Assembly: GCA_044227125.1 (NCBI GenBank)
Contig: JBGAFS010000008.1
Span: 13,694 to 77,693 of the forward strand
DNA length: 64,000 nt
From: Flavipsychrobacter sp.
Lineage (GTDB): Bacteria > Bacteroidota > Bacteroidia > Chitinophagales > Chitinophagaceae
Direction of reading: 5' to 3'
In this document: in pieces, positions 36,177 to 44,511 of the stretch
Numbering within the stretch: the first letter of the stretch is position 1
Layout of the letters: each line of letters begins with the position of its first letter
Translations under genes and position numbers: made by a program
The notes under the pieces: generated by a model
Seen by the model: only the letters and a program-made list of their open reading frames with translations
Told to the model about the DNA's origin: nothing
Databases searched by the model: none

Positions 36177-37469
36177 TCAGAATTTTTGTGTGCTTAACAG
36201 ATAATATAATATACCGTCTGCAAGGTTTTGGATCTGTTCCATTCTTGCACGGTTGTATTCCATGAATATGTTGTTGAACTCATCGAACTCCATAAGGCCT
36301 TCCCTGATGTTCAGTTTGGCGATGCGGAGGTTATCAGATGCGTTTTTCACTTTTTCTTCGAGTACATGCTGCTTTTTGAATGCTGCATTGTACTGGCTAT
36401 ACCAGTCATCATGCTGTTGTTTCAGTGTGGCTTCTGTACGCTCACGCTCCAGTCTTGCAGACTCCAGCAGCAGCTTGTTCTTGTGCCAGCCTGAACGGTA
36501 GAAACTACCCTGGAACAATGGCACATCCAGCCTTGCGCCTATATTGGCACTGCTGAACTCAACGTTTTTGAAATTGGCTTCGAACTTACTCTGCACATTG
36601 TATGTGTACCTGCTGCTGATGGCGAGCTTAGGCAATGCCGCACCTCTTGATTCGCGCAGGGCCATTTCGGCTACACGTACTTTAAACTGTGCTTCTTCCC
36701 ATGCAGGACGTGTATTTATTTCACGCTCATTTTGTAATACAGGCCAGTTGAATTTTGAAATATCTTCTGTCAGCGAAAGTGAATCGTTGCCGAGATTCAG
36801 TGTAGCGGTAAGCCCGTGCTGCAATTGCTCCAACGACTTCCTGTAACCAATGCCTGAAGAAACCACATCGAGTTGCAGGTTTTTAGTACGGTTGAAGTCT
36901 GCAGGATTGATAACGCCCTGTTTGTTTCGGTCTGTCATGATGCGAAGCAACTCATCAGATGTTCCTTCGTTCTCATCATTGAGTCCGAGCACTTGTCTTG
37001 TTACCAGCAACTGGTAGTATGATTGCAGCAATTGCATGTGCATGTTCTCTATAGCTGCTTTGCTGCCATACACAGATTGGTTGTACTGTGCACGTGAGCG
37101 TGCCACCTGTGCCCAGCGCTCCAGGTTGATGAGCGGCATACTAAGCTCTGCACCTGCTACAAACACATAAGGCAAACCAAACTGCGCCTTAACATAGGTA
37201 CCGGGCTTGCCAATCACCTCGCCGGGTATTACCTGCGATGCGATGATGGGATAATAATCGCCGGTGCCAAATGCACTGACTTTGGGGTAGATAGCTGATT
37301 GCAACGTGTTCTTATCCTGCTTTGCTACCTTAGGCTGAATGGCGGCCTGTTGTATGGCGGGAGCGTGTTCATCGGCGTAGCGCAGCAGGTCGTCTATGCT
37401 GCCTACCTGCAACTGTGCTGATGCAAGCTGCGGTATTAAAACTATTATGAGTGCTTTCAAAAAGCGCAT
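36177..37469 (-). CDS. TolC-family outer-membrane efflux protein
   Basis: Start at ATG 37469 (MRFLKALIIVLIPQLASAQ). Two-repeat coiled-coil/beta architecture of about 430 aa. First gene of the operon. Confidence 0.8.
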   Translation of the reverse strand: MRFLKALIIVLIPQLASAQLQVGSIDDLLRYADEHAPAIQQAAIQPKVAKQDKNTLQSAIYPKVSAFGTGDYYPIIASQVIPGEVIGKPGTYVKAQFGLPYVFVAGAELSMPLINLERWAQVARSRAQYNQSVYGSKAAIENMHMQLLQSYYQLLVTRQVLGLNDENEGTSDELLRIMTDRNKQGVINPADFNRTKNLQLDVVSSGIGYRKSLEQLQHGLTATLNLGNDSLSLTEDISKFNWPVLQNEREINTRPAWEEAQFKVRVAEMALRESRGAALPKLAISSRYTYNVQSKFEANFKNVEFSSANIGARLDVPLFQGSFYRSGWHKNKLLLESARLERERTEATLKQQHDDWYSQYNAAFKKQHVLEEKVKNASDNLRIAKLNIREGLMEFDEFNNIFMEYNRARMEQIQNLADGILYYLLSTQKF

Positions 37470-37528
37470 CGTTCCGTATTTTGATGCAAAGAGAGCACAG
37501 ATCATCATAATAGTAAAACGATAGTCAG

Positions 37529-37561
37529 TGAGGCGGAAAAAACCTGCAATGAGGCGGAAAA
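37529..37561 (-). promoter_or_regulatory. direct repeat TGAGGCGGAAAA x2 with 21-bp periodicity, a candidate LytTR-regulator binding site upstream of the TolC operon
   Basis: Exact 12-mers at 37529-37540 and 37550-37561. On the coding strand this reads TTTTCCGCCTCA-N9-TTTTCCGCCTCA, 60-92 nt upstream of the TolC ATG and ~40 nt upstream of a TTTG box (37487-37490). Confidence 0.45.
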
Positions 37562-37562
37562 C

Positions 37563-38048
37563 TCAGGGCAGGCGTACCCGCCAGTACATGAGCACCCAGC
37601 GCAGCAATGTATATGCACCCAGCACTATGACCAGCCAGAGCAGTATTTGGTTCCGGCTGCTCAGTGCTGCCAGCTTATCGGATATTGTACGGTTCTCCTG
37701 TTGCAGCAGGGTCTCGTTGGCACGGTTGACCAATTGTGCATTCTTTGCAATGTACAGTGTATCAGTGCGTTTCTGGGTCTTAATGATATATCGGTTAAGC
37801 ACGCGCACTACGGTATCATAACGGTTTACGGTATCCGACAAGACCAGTGTTTCGCCGGGCTTGTATATAAAGCTGTCGCTGATACTGCTGACGGGCGGGT
37901 AAACACTGCCGCAAAACTGCGCTGTAACTACCGGGTGTTTTCTATGTGCCTTGTATACCTGTCTTGATGCTTTTTGTTCTGTATAACAGCCTGTTATCAT
38001 CATAATGAATGAAACAGCGATAAGGGATAGGGTGATGAGGTTTTTCAT
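37563..38048 (-). CDS. lipoprotein with a C-terminal TM anchor (unimolecular-spanin-like topology)
   Basis: 161 aa with lipobox MITGC, a central helical segment (NETLLQQENRTISDKLAALSS) and a C-terminal TM ILLWLVIVLGAYTLLRWVLMYW. The call is based on topology only. Confidence 0.35.
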   Translation of the reverse strand: MKNLITLSLIAVSFIMMITGCYTEQKASRQVYKAHRKHPVVTAQFCGSVYPPVSSISDSFIYKPGETLVLSDTVNRYDTVVRVLNRYIIKTQKRTDTLYIAKNAQLVNRANETLLQQENRTISDKLAALSSRNQILLWLVIVLGAYTLLRWVLMYWRVRLP

Positions 38049-38056
38049 GGTGGTAT

Positions 38057-38263
38057 TTATTTGAGCCTGGTTTCTATTAATGATACCCGTGCTTCAAGCA
38101 GGCGAAGCTCTACGTGCTGTATAGCCAGTTCTGTTTTGAAACCGTAGTATACACTGAGCACAGTAGAAACACTTACGGCAGTGCAGATGATGAGTGCCCA
38201 GATAAGCCGCAGGTTGATGCCTTTTAGCTGGCGGTCGATGATGGATATCTCCTGTTGTGTCAT
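38057..38263 (-). CDS. 68-aa single-TM protein with a C-terminal coiled coil (holin/antiholin or i-spanin-like)
   Basis: TM LIWALIICTAVSVSTVLSVYYGF followed by ELAIQHVELRLLEARVSLIETRLK. 8-nt gap to the next gene. Confidence 0.3.
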   Translation of the reverse strand: MTQQEISIIDRQLKGINLRLIWALIICTAVSVSTVLSVYYGFKTELAIQHVELRLLEARVSLIETRLK

Positions 38264-38269
38264 GGCAGG

Positions 38270-38521
38270 CTATTTTTGAGGTGGTTCTTCTGCGCTCTTT
38301 TCCTGTATACCAAACATGCGCGATAAGCCCCAGGTAAGCATATTGACGCCTGAAAACCATTTGAGCAGTAACAGCTTGGTATGCCCGTCTATACCGGGAT
38401 AGTCAGTTACCATAAAACTGCCGAATGACAATAGAAGAAAAACGATGCGGAATGTATAAACCGCCCATTGCGGTGTAGGCCTCGCTATCTGCGACGGACC
38501 AAATTTGATAGTGGGTTTCAT
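38270..38521 (-). CDS. 83-aa two-TM protein (class II holin-like topology)
   Basis: TM1 WAVYTFRIVFLLLSFGSFMV, TM2 LLLLKWFSGVNMLTWGLSRMF, charged C-terminus EKSAEEPPQK. Confidence 0.3.
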   Translation of the reverse strand: MKPTIKFGPSQIARPTPQWAVYTFRIVFLLLSFGSFMVTDYPGIDGHTKLLLLKWFSGVNMLTWGLSRMFGIQEKSAEEPPQK

Positions 38522-38540
38522 AGGGTGATAGAGTTAAAGT

Positions 38541-39839
38541 TTATGCGCCACTTTTGACGATCATGTGTTTCTTTTTAATCTTGAGGAAATGCTTTTCATA
38601 CAATTCATAGGACAAACTACTGACTATTATAGTCAATATAAGACTTGAAGAATAAATAAGAATATTGCCCCAATTACTATTTAAGTATTTTGAAAACAGA
38701 TATAGAGATAGCCCAATAAGTATGTTATGGTACATATATATACCGTATGATATCCGGCCTAAATATAACAATGCTTTACTCCTAAAATTTAGAATAGATG
38801 TCTTTGGATTCGATAAATTTATCATTAGGATACAAAACAATGCTGCCAATACCTCGTGGTCGAAATTCTTAACTCGACTACTGTATGTAAGCACTACTGG
38901 TATTCTAGCGCTTAATAAAAACATCATCAGTAACAACACTAACCCTATAATACTATATTTTCTTTTCCAAAAAAACCATTCATACACATAGAGTACACAT
39001 GCGATTAGCAAATTGTTAATCCTAATCCCCATGACTAAGAAATATACAATCAATAATATGGTGATTAATTGCACTCTTCTTCTTAATAGAAACTCTACTA
39101 CATTATTATATTTTGCGCGATTAAAAAAGATAAACGCTCCTAATCCACCAAAACCCATACAGGTAAATCTCTCATTTACTAAGAACGTATGCATTACTTC
39201 TATACGCTTTGTCATTTTAATGAGATTAAAATCTATTAAATACAATAACGTTTTTGATAGAATTATTGTAGCCAATATGAACAAGCAAAAATTAAGAATT
39301 GAATTACGAGTCTTTTTTATAAAAAATGGCCATAGAAAATAATATTGTTCTTCTACACCGATAGACCATGTTTGGTCGATATAAGGAACATTGCCTAGTA
39401 TGGCATAAGCCATATTAGGCAAAAAGAAAATATACAATAACAATATACCTATATTAAATTCAGACCAAGTATATGACGTCTGTGGTATAAATAACGCAGG
39501 TATATGAGGAAGGATAAAATACCCAATTAATATGATTAGATAATACAATGGCCATATCCTAAGTATCCTTCTTAAATAAAATTTAGGGATATTTATTGTA
39601 GTAGTTTTTTGTTTCTCAGCTAGCAATAAATACGTTATTAAGAAGCCACTTAAAACAAAAAAGATTGTTACAGCATAATCGCCTATTGTTCTAAAAAAGA
39701 AATTGTCAAACGCCTGAGGTAAATCAAATTGCTTCTTTTTTATTTCGACATGAAATATGAGCACCAATGTGGCGGCAATAAATCTAATTACATCAAGATT
39801 GGCAAAATATATTTTATTCGAATCCTCTTTGTTAATCAT
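38541..39839 (-). CDS. acyltransferase family 3 (OafA/Oac-like) integral membrane O-acyltransferase
   Basis: 432 aa with about 10 TM helices and the N-terminal motif FANLDVIRFIAATLVLIFHVE. It is visibly more AT-rich than its neighbours. Confidence 0.8.
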   Translation of the reverse strand: MINKEDSNKIYFANLDVIRFIAATLVLIFHVEIKKKQFDLPQAFDNFFFRTIGDYAVTIFFVLSGFLITYLLLAEKQKTTTINIPKFYLRRILRIWPLYYLIILIGYFILPHIPALFIPQTSYTWSEFNIGILLLYIFFLPNMAYAILGNVPYIDQTWSIGVEEQYYFLWPFFIKKTRNSILNFCLFILATIILSKTLLYLIDFNLIKMTKRIEVMHTFLVNERFTCMGFGGLGAFIFFNRAKYNNVVEFLLRRRVQLITILLIVYFLVMGIRINNLLIACVLYVYEWFFWKRKYSIIGLVLLLMMFLLSARIPVVLTYSSRVKNFDHEVLAALFCILMINLSNPKTSILNFRSKALLYLGRISYGIYMYHNILIGLSLYLFSKYLNSNWGNILIYSSSLILTIIVSSLSYELYEKHFLKIKKKHMIVKSGA

Positions 39840-39878
39840 GGTATTACATTCTAAATACTAACATTCCAATTACGAGGG

Positions 39879-41801
39879 CTAATTTACAATAGCTAATTTA
39901 TAAATTGTTCCATCTACATCTATTTCCAGAAACTTGTCTGTTTGCAAGGTAACAGAGGCGCCCGTAATTACCTTACCTATCTTTATGGTTCCCGCTCCGT
40001 TTACAGAAGGCTGGGCTGTAGTTAATGCCTTTACTGTAGCATTACCGGCATTATCAACTTTTGCAAGTGTTGTACCTGCGTTGTCTTTCCATTGTGTTAT
40101 ATCGGCTGTTTGTGATGCTGCCGACTGGAAGATACTAACCGGTGTGCCTGCAAGGTTTCCCTGTACATGCAGGCGGGCAGACGGAAGCGTGAGGCCGGTT
40201 GAAAGATATGTCGGTGCTACCGACCTTGAAACTCCGATGCCGACATTCTGGTAGCCATCAATGAGCATAGCACGTATATCATTGGCAAAATCTCCGCCTA
40301 CACCATTATTAGTAAAAAAAGACAAGAGCCCCTTGAATCCATCAAGGCCAACCTCACCTACAATAGCTGAATTGGCCATAGGGCCACCTGCACCCCAGGC
40401 ATCATTGCCCAGGGTAATGGTAACGGGATAACCTGTACGCCTGTTCCAGAGATTCAGTAATTGGCCATCAGGATTATCACGTGCAATATTAACTTGTGAG
40501 CCTATCCAATTAAAGTATGTATTACCGAGATAGTCAGTTCCATGATGACCCATCGTTATAACATTATTTCTTATAACGAAACTCTCTTTAGGAGTAGTGG
40601 TCGCATTAAGCCCGTCAGATTTTACCTTGAAGCCTCCTATATAACCTCCTGCTGCACCACCTGCCAATACTTCCACACCATCAACAGAACCATCATTATA
40701 TCTTCTGAACAGGTTATAATTAGCAGGGTTGGGGGTTGTGGCGTTATTGAGTTTCATACCTGCAGATATCATTGTGCCATTCACCTGTAGTTTATCGGTA
40801 CCATTATCTGTATAAGTCCCTGCCAGCAGGTTTGCATTGCCGACAGCTATTTTTGATGTACCAAATAACAGGTGGCTGTTGGAAGCTCCATAGCTATCGC
40901 CGAAAGAAATAAAGCCCCTGTTGGTGACATCAAAAGTACCTGCACTGATACCTGCATACAAATGGCCGCTGCTGGCGCCTGACATATCGAGCTGAACCTC
41001 TGATGAGGTTTTATGTATTTGTACCTGGCCAAAGAAACTGGCAGTATTGGTAGCATGCGGCACAGAGAACACTGTTAACCCATTTGTAGGATTGTTTACA
41101 AGCATATAATCTGCGGATGACCCATTAGCACCAACCTGTAATTGACCGTATGTAATATCCTTTCTTATACATGAATACAAATCAGGTCCTGTATTATTTA
41201 TAAACCTCAACCCATCCGTACCTATCATGCCGTTTACGTGCAGTTGCCCGTTTGTGGGAGTGGTGCCGATGCCTACTTCCCCGCTTGCGTTTATAATGAT
41301 GCGGTTGGTATTGTTGGTCTTAATGTTCAGCCCGTTGTTATCGGTAGTACCAAGAATAGCTGTGGTGCCAAATGCATTACCGTTCTGGCTGTAATAGTTT
41401 TGTAAGCGGGCATCTACCCATGTCTTGGCAGCAATAACAGTAGTATCAGTTTTTGCGTAGGTGTTTATCAGTGTCTTAATAAGCACGGTGTCCTTATAGG
41501 TCATATAGCGCACCCGCTTATTACTATCAAAATGGTAGAGTACCGAGTCTTTAAGATCGTAAACAAATACGCCGCGCTTTGCGGTTTTGATGCTGTCCAG
41601 CAATACACGGGGCAGCAGCAAGCCTTTATCTGTAGTATCATTGCCTAACTGCAACCATACAGAACTGTCTGCAAAATCGCGGTTCTCCTTTCCCAGTGCC
41701 AGTGAACCGCTGATGTAAAACCTGTTTCGGTAAATACCTGTCTGCGCATAGCTAACAGTTGCCAGCAATGTAATTATCAATACAATTATTATTCTTTTCA
41801 T
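39879..41801 (-). CDS. tail-fibre-like repeat protein with an N-terminal Sec signal peptide
   Basis: 640 aa. MKRIIIVLIITLLATVSYAQ, then repeated GEVGIGTTPTNGQLHVNG / QNVGIGV...ARLHVQG motifs typical of phage fibre and Bacteroidota 'tail fiber domain' proteins. 8-nt gap to the upstream structural gene. Confidence 0.55.
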   Translation of the reverse strand: MKRIIIVLIITLLATVSYAQTGIYRNRFYISGSLALGKENRDFADSSVWLQLGNDTTDKGLLLPRVLLDSIKTAKRGVFVYDLKDSVLYHFDSNKRVRYMTYKDTVLIKTLINTYAKTDTTVIAAKTWVDARLQNYYSQNGNAFGTTAILGTTDNNGLNIKTNNTNRIIINASGEVGIGTTPTNGQLHVNGMIGTDGLRFINNTGPDLYSCIRKDITYGQLQVGANGSSADYMLVNNPTNGLTVFSVPHATNTASFFGQVQIHKTSSEVQLDMSGASSGHLYAGISAGTFDVTNRGFISFGDSYGASNSHLLFGTSKIAVGNANLLAGTYTDNGTDKLQVNGTMISAGMKLNNATTPNPANYNLFRRYNDGSVDGVEVLAGGAAGGYIGGFKVKSDGLNATTTPKESFVIRNNVITMGHHGTDYLGNTYFNWIGSQVNIARDNPDGQLLNLWNRRTGYPVTITLGNDAWGAGGPMANSAIVGEVGLDGFKGLLSFFTNNGVGGDFANDIRAMLIDGYQNVGIGVSRSVAPTYLSTGLTLPSARLHVQGNLAGTPVSIFQSAASQTADITQWKDNAGTTLAKVDNAGNATVKALTTAQPSVNGAGTIKIGKVITGASVTLQTDKFLEIDVDGTIYKLAIVN

Positions 41802-41809
41802 AGTGGGTT

Positions 41810-42352
41810 TTATTTAAACCAGATGATGGTTATTCTTTGTTCGTTGATCAATGGTGTATGAAATGTAACAGTACCTGCGGTGCTGCTGAATGTATACCCG
41901 TCTGCTTCGTTACCCTCTGTAAGAATGGTACCTTCTGCAAATACGGTAACCTGCCGGGCAGTTTTAAGGATATTGTCGGTGATAACTGTTTGTCCTTCTG
42001 TGGCAGTGTATTGTTTCCTGCCTATTTGCAGCGGATTGGAAAAAGTACCTGTAGGCGTCAAATAAATCCAATTTGTATCTACTGTGAGGGGGTAAGTGGC
42101 AAGGCAATATGCGGTATCGTTGAATAAACTATTATCGGGGCGGAAGAGCTTGATGGTATAAGCATAAGATTCATTCAGCCTGACGGGGATGGTAAATACT
42201 TGCCCGGATGTAAAAGGAAACTGCACGTACTGGTACGCGCCGTTGAACGATGCCATAAACGACCAGGTGCCCGTAGCATCAGCAGTAAGGGGCAATACCA
42301 GCGCCTCTGCAGATGCTGGCACTTCGCCAAGTGAAATACAATTACTATTCAT
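41810..42352 (-). CDS. phage structural-module protein, beta-rich, unknown role
   Basis: 180 aa with no signal peptide; tightly packed (6-8-nt gaps). Confidence 0.45.
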   Translation of the reverse strand: MNSNCISLGEVPASAEALVLPLTADATGTWSFMASFNGAYQYVQFPFTSGQVFTIPVRLNESYAYTIKLFRPDNSLFNDTAYCLATYPLTVDTNWIYLTPTGTFSNPLQIGRKQYTATEGQTVITDNILKTARQVTVFAEGTILTEGNEADGYTFSSTAGTVTFHTPLINEQRITIIWFK

Positions 42353-42358
42353 GGTTGA

Positions 42359-42901
42359 TTATTTTACAGGGTCTTTGATACAATTGCCGGGGATAAACAT
42401 TTTTGTGAGCCTGAGCGTAATGCGTACTATGGTCTCTTCTTTCAGGCGCTGAAGCGATGCTTCTATATCTGCGGGTTTCATACCTGCCAGTTCATCCATC
42501 ATTACCTGCTCGCGGTTCACATTGGTATTAATTGCTTCTGCATTCAGCAGGTGGTATTGCATTAATGTATTGCGCAGGTTCTCTGCCAGTATATACGCAT
42601 CTGCCTTACGCACTACGGCTACCAGTTGCAGGCTGGCAGTATCGAGGAAACTCAGACGCTGCGTACCACTGTCTGATAGTCGCTCTGCGGGTATGGGTTC
42701 ATGTTTTATCCCGCCTTCGCTGCGCAGGTAGAAATAATTACCTAAAGTATCGGCAGGCAATACGGCTTGCATATCTGTGCCGGTATTACTGTATAACGAT
42801 TGCGTTACTGGGTCTTTATATACCTGTGCAAAGCCGGCTCTGAAATAGGGGTTCTTTGCCAGTATAAAACAACTAAGGGCTTCAAGGTCTTCTTTATACA
42901 T
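42359..42901 (-). CDS. phage structural-module protein (possibly a head-tail adaptor or completion protein)
   Basis: 180 aa, mixed alpha/beta. Assigned by position downstream of the capsid-like gene only. Confidence 0.4.
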   Translation of the reverse strand: MYKEDLEALSCFILAKNPYFRAGFAQVYKDPVTQSLYSNTGTDMQAVLPADTLGNYFYLRSEGGIKHEPIPAERLSDSGTQRLSFLDTASLQLVAVVRKADAYILAENLRNTLMQYHLLNAEAINTNVNREQVMMDELAGMKPADIEASLQRLKEETIVRITLRLTKMFIPGNCIKDPVK

Positions 42902-42903
42902 TA

Positions 42904-43053
42904 TCAGGGTCTTTTCTTTCCGGTAAATACTTTTCTTGCTAATGGTTTTCTGATGCGCTTTCGTTGTTCGGGTTGCGGTGACTTATCCTGACGCGGTTGT
43001 TTTGCCTGTGCGCTGAGGCGTTGCAGGTAATTATAATATTCTTCAAAATTCAT
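42904..43053 (-). CDS. 49-aa highly basic micro-protein (below the ORF-track cutoff)
   Basis: Hand translation gives MNFEEYYNYLQRLSAQAKQPRQDKSPQPEQRKRIRKPLARKVFTGKKRP. Its ATG overlaps the upstream stop (ATGA at 43050-43053), and its stop is 2 nt before the next start (TGATAATG). It exactly fills the gap between neighbours. Confidence 0.45.
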   Translation of the reverse strand: MNFEEYYNYLQRLSAQAKQPRQDKSPQPEQRKRIRKPLARKVFTGKKRP

Positions 43054-43430
43054 TTCTCAAAAAGCCTTGTGATGAAATACAATGCGAGATTGGTGCCGAT
43101 ACCCACGTATACAAAGTACCAGAGTATGTTTACGAGGATGATGCCAATGATATTATGCAACCCATTGCTGATCCATACATCCTGCGCGCCGTACATAAAT
43201 GCAGCATATATCCAGTAGCCTATAAATGTGAGCAGGTGGCTGAAACACAGTTCGCAATAGCCTCCTGCTTTAGCCAGGAATGTTTTGCCTTCCATATCCC
43301 ATTTCTGTAACCGCTTTTGCCAGTGCAGTAATGAATCGAGCCACTGGCCGGGCTGTATGCTTACATGGGCTATCTTGATAAGGCTTGCATTGGCCAGCCA
43401 GGCTATAATGGTGTAGAGTATAAAAACCAT
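43050..43430 (-). CDS. multi-pass membrane protein inside the structural module
   Basis: 126 aa with 3-4 TM helices (FILYTIIAWLANASLI, LLTFIGYWIYAAFMY, IIGIILVNILWYFVYVGIG..). Confidence 0.5.
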   Translation of the reverse strand: MVFILYTIIAWLANASLIKIAHVSIQPGQWLDSLLHWQKRLQKWDMEGKTFLAKAGGYCELCFSHLLTFIGYWIYAAFMYGAQDVWISNGLHNIIGIILVNILWYFVYVGIGTNLALYFITRLFEK

Positions 43431-43530
43431 TCTTATTTATGATTTGTGATCTATGATTGGAAAAATGAAATCAGAAGCATATCTATTATGCAGTCAATTC
43501 ATTTTTTAATTTTTCCTTTTACATTTTGCA

Positions 43531-44511
43531 TTAAACATTCACTACCCACTTCACGCCATTGCATTGCAGGCAATCATCTTTGAACTGTTGCAGGATACCG
43601 GGTACAGCATCGGCAAATATTCTCCACTTATCGCGGTACTGGTTCTCAACATCTGTGAGGTATTGCTGTGTCTCTTCCCTGCCATATACCACCCAGTTGT
43701 TCAGGCGGTTGGTGCGCAGGTGCTCTTCCAGCAGCAGCACTCTTGATTTCAGCCATACTATCTCGCCTATGTAGGTACGTGCCATATCGCAGAGCAGTTG
43801 TTCATAATCGCAACTGCAATTGAATTCTACGTTGATACCAAACCCTTCTTTACCGCTTATCTCCTTATCATCATACCAGCCTCTTGTGTATGCACAATCA
43901 TTGGGCAGTGTACCATTGCAACCCGTAAAGCAGATAAGGAAACTCGATGCTACGGGAATATCTGTGCCATTGAGCAATACGCGGGCAAAGTTTCCTTTCA
44001 CTTCATAGTTTACGCGAAAGGTATTTACGGTATTTGCATTGAGGTCTATGTTGTATACAGATACGGTACCGCCTCCTGCATCGTCATATATCTTCAGCTC
44101 TGCACCGGTAGCATCTGCCAGCGGGTACACCTGTATACTATTAATGTACAGTTTGCGCAGCGTCCCTTTTATCCTTGTATTACGGTATAAGGTTAGCCCG
44201 CGTTCTTTCGCCTCTGCGGGGAATGTAGTGGCTGCACGAAACTCACCTGTTGTGTATTGCCTTTCTGCCAGTTGCGGCATCACCCTGTTAGCGGCCAGTA
44301 TGCTCATAAAATCGTTGCGCACCAGCAGTGTGGCCTGCTGCACTTTGCGCTGCGCCAGTTGCATACCTGTTACATATTCTTCATTGGCTATATTGGCCAG
44401 GTTGCGTATAGACAGCTCGGGTGCGTCCATCAGGTCGAGGCCGCTGAGTGATGAAGGTGTTTCGGTGCCCTGTACATCGCGCACAGAGATGATGTTGTTG
44501 ATAGAAGACAT
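43531..44511 (-). CDS. phage structural-module protein, Cys-containing, unknown role
   Basis: 326 aa, immediately downstream of the capsid-like gene, with 8 Cys by my count. Confidence 0.45.
   Translation of the reverse strand: MSSINNIISVRDVQGTETPSSLSGLDLMDAPELSIRNLANIANEEYVTGMQLAQRKVQQATLLVRNDFMSILAANRVMPQLAERQYTTGEFRAATTFPAEAKERGLTLYRNTRIKGTLRKLYINSIQVYPLADATGAELKIYDDAGGGTVSVYNIDLNANTVNTFRVNYEVKGNFARVLLNGTDIPVASSFLICFTGCNGTLPNDCAYTRGWYDDKEISGKEGFGINVEFNCSCDYEQLLCDMARTYIGEIVWLKSRVLLLEEHLRTNRLNNWVVYGREETQQYLTDVENQYRDKWRIFADAVPGILQQFKDDCLQCNGVKWVVNV

Noticed and set aside
37470-37562. tRNA gene or att site at the left boundary of the phage-like region
   Set aside because: There is no cloverleaf-compatible sequence in the 93-nt gap. 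The only repeat is the 12-bp direct repeat, which I interpret as a regulator site. An att role cannot be tested without the right end.
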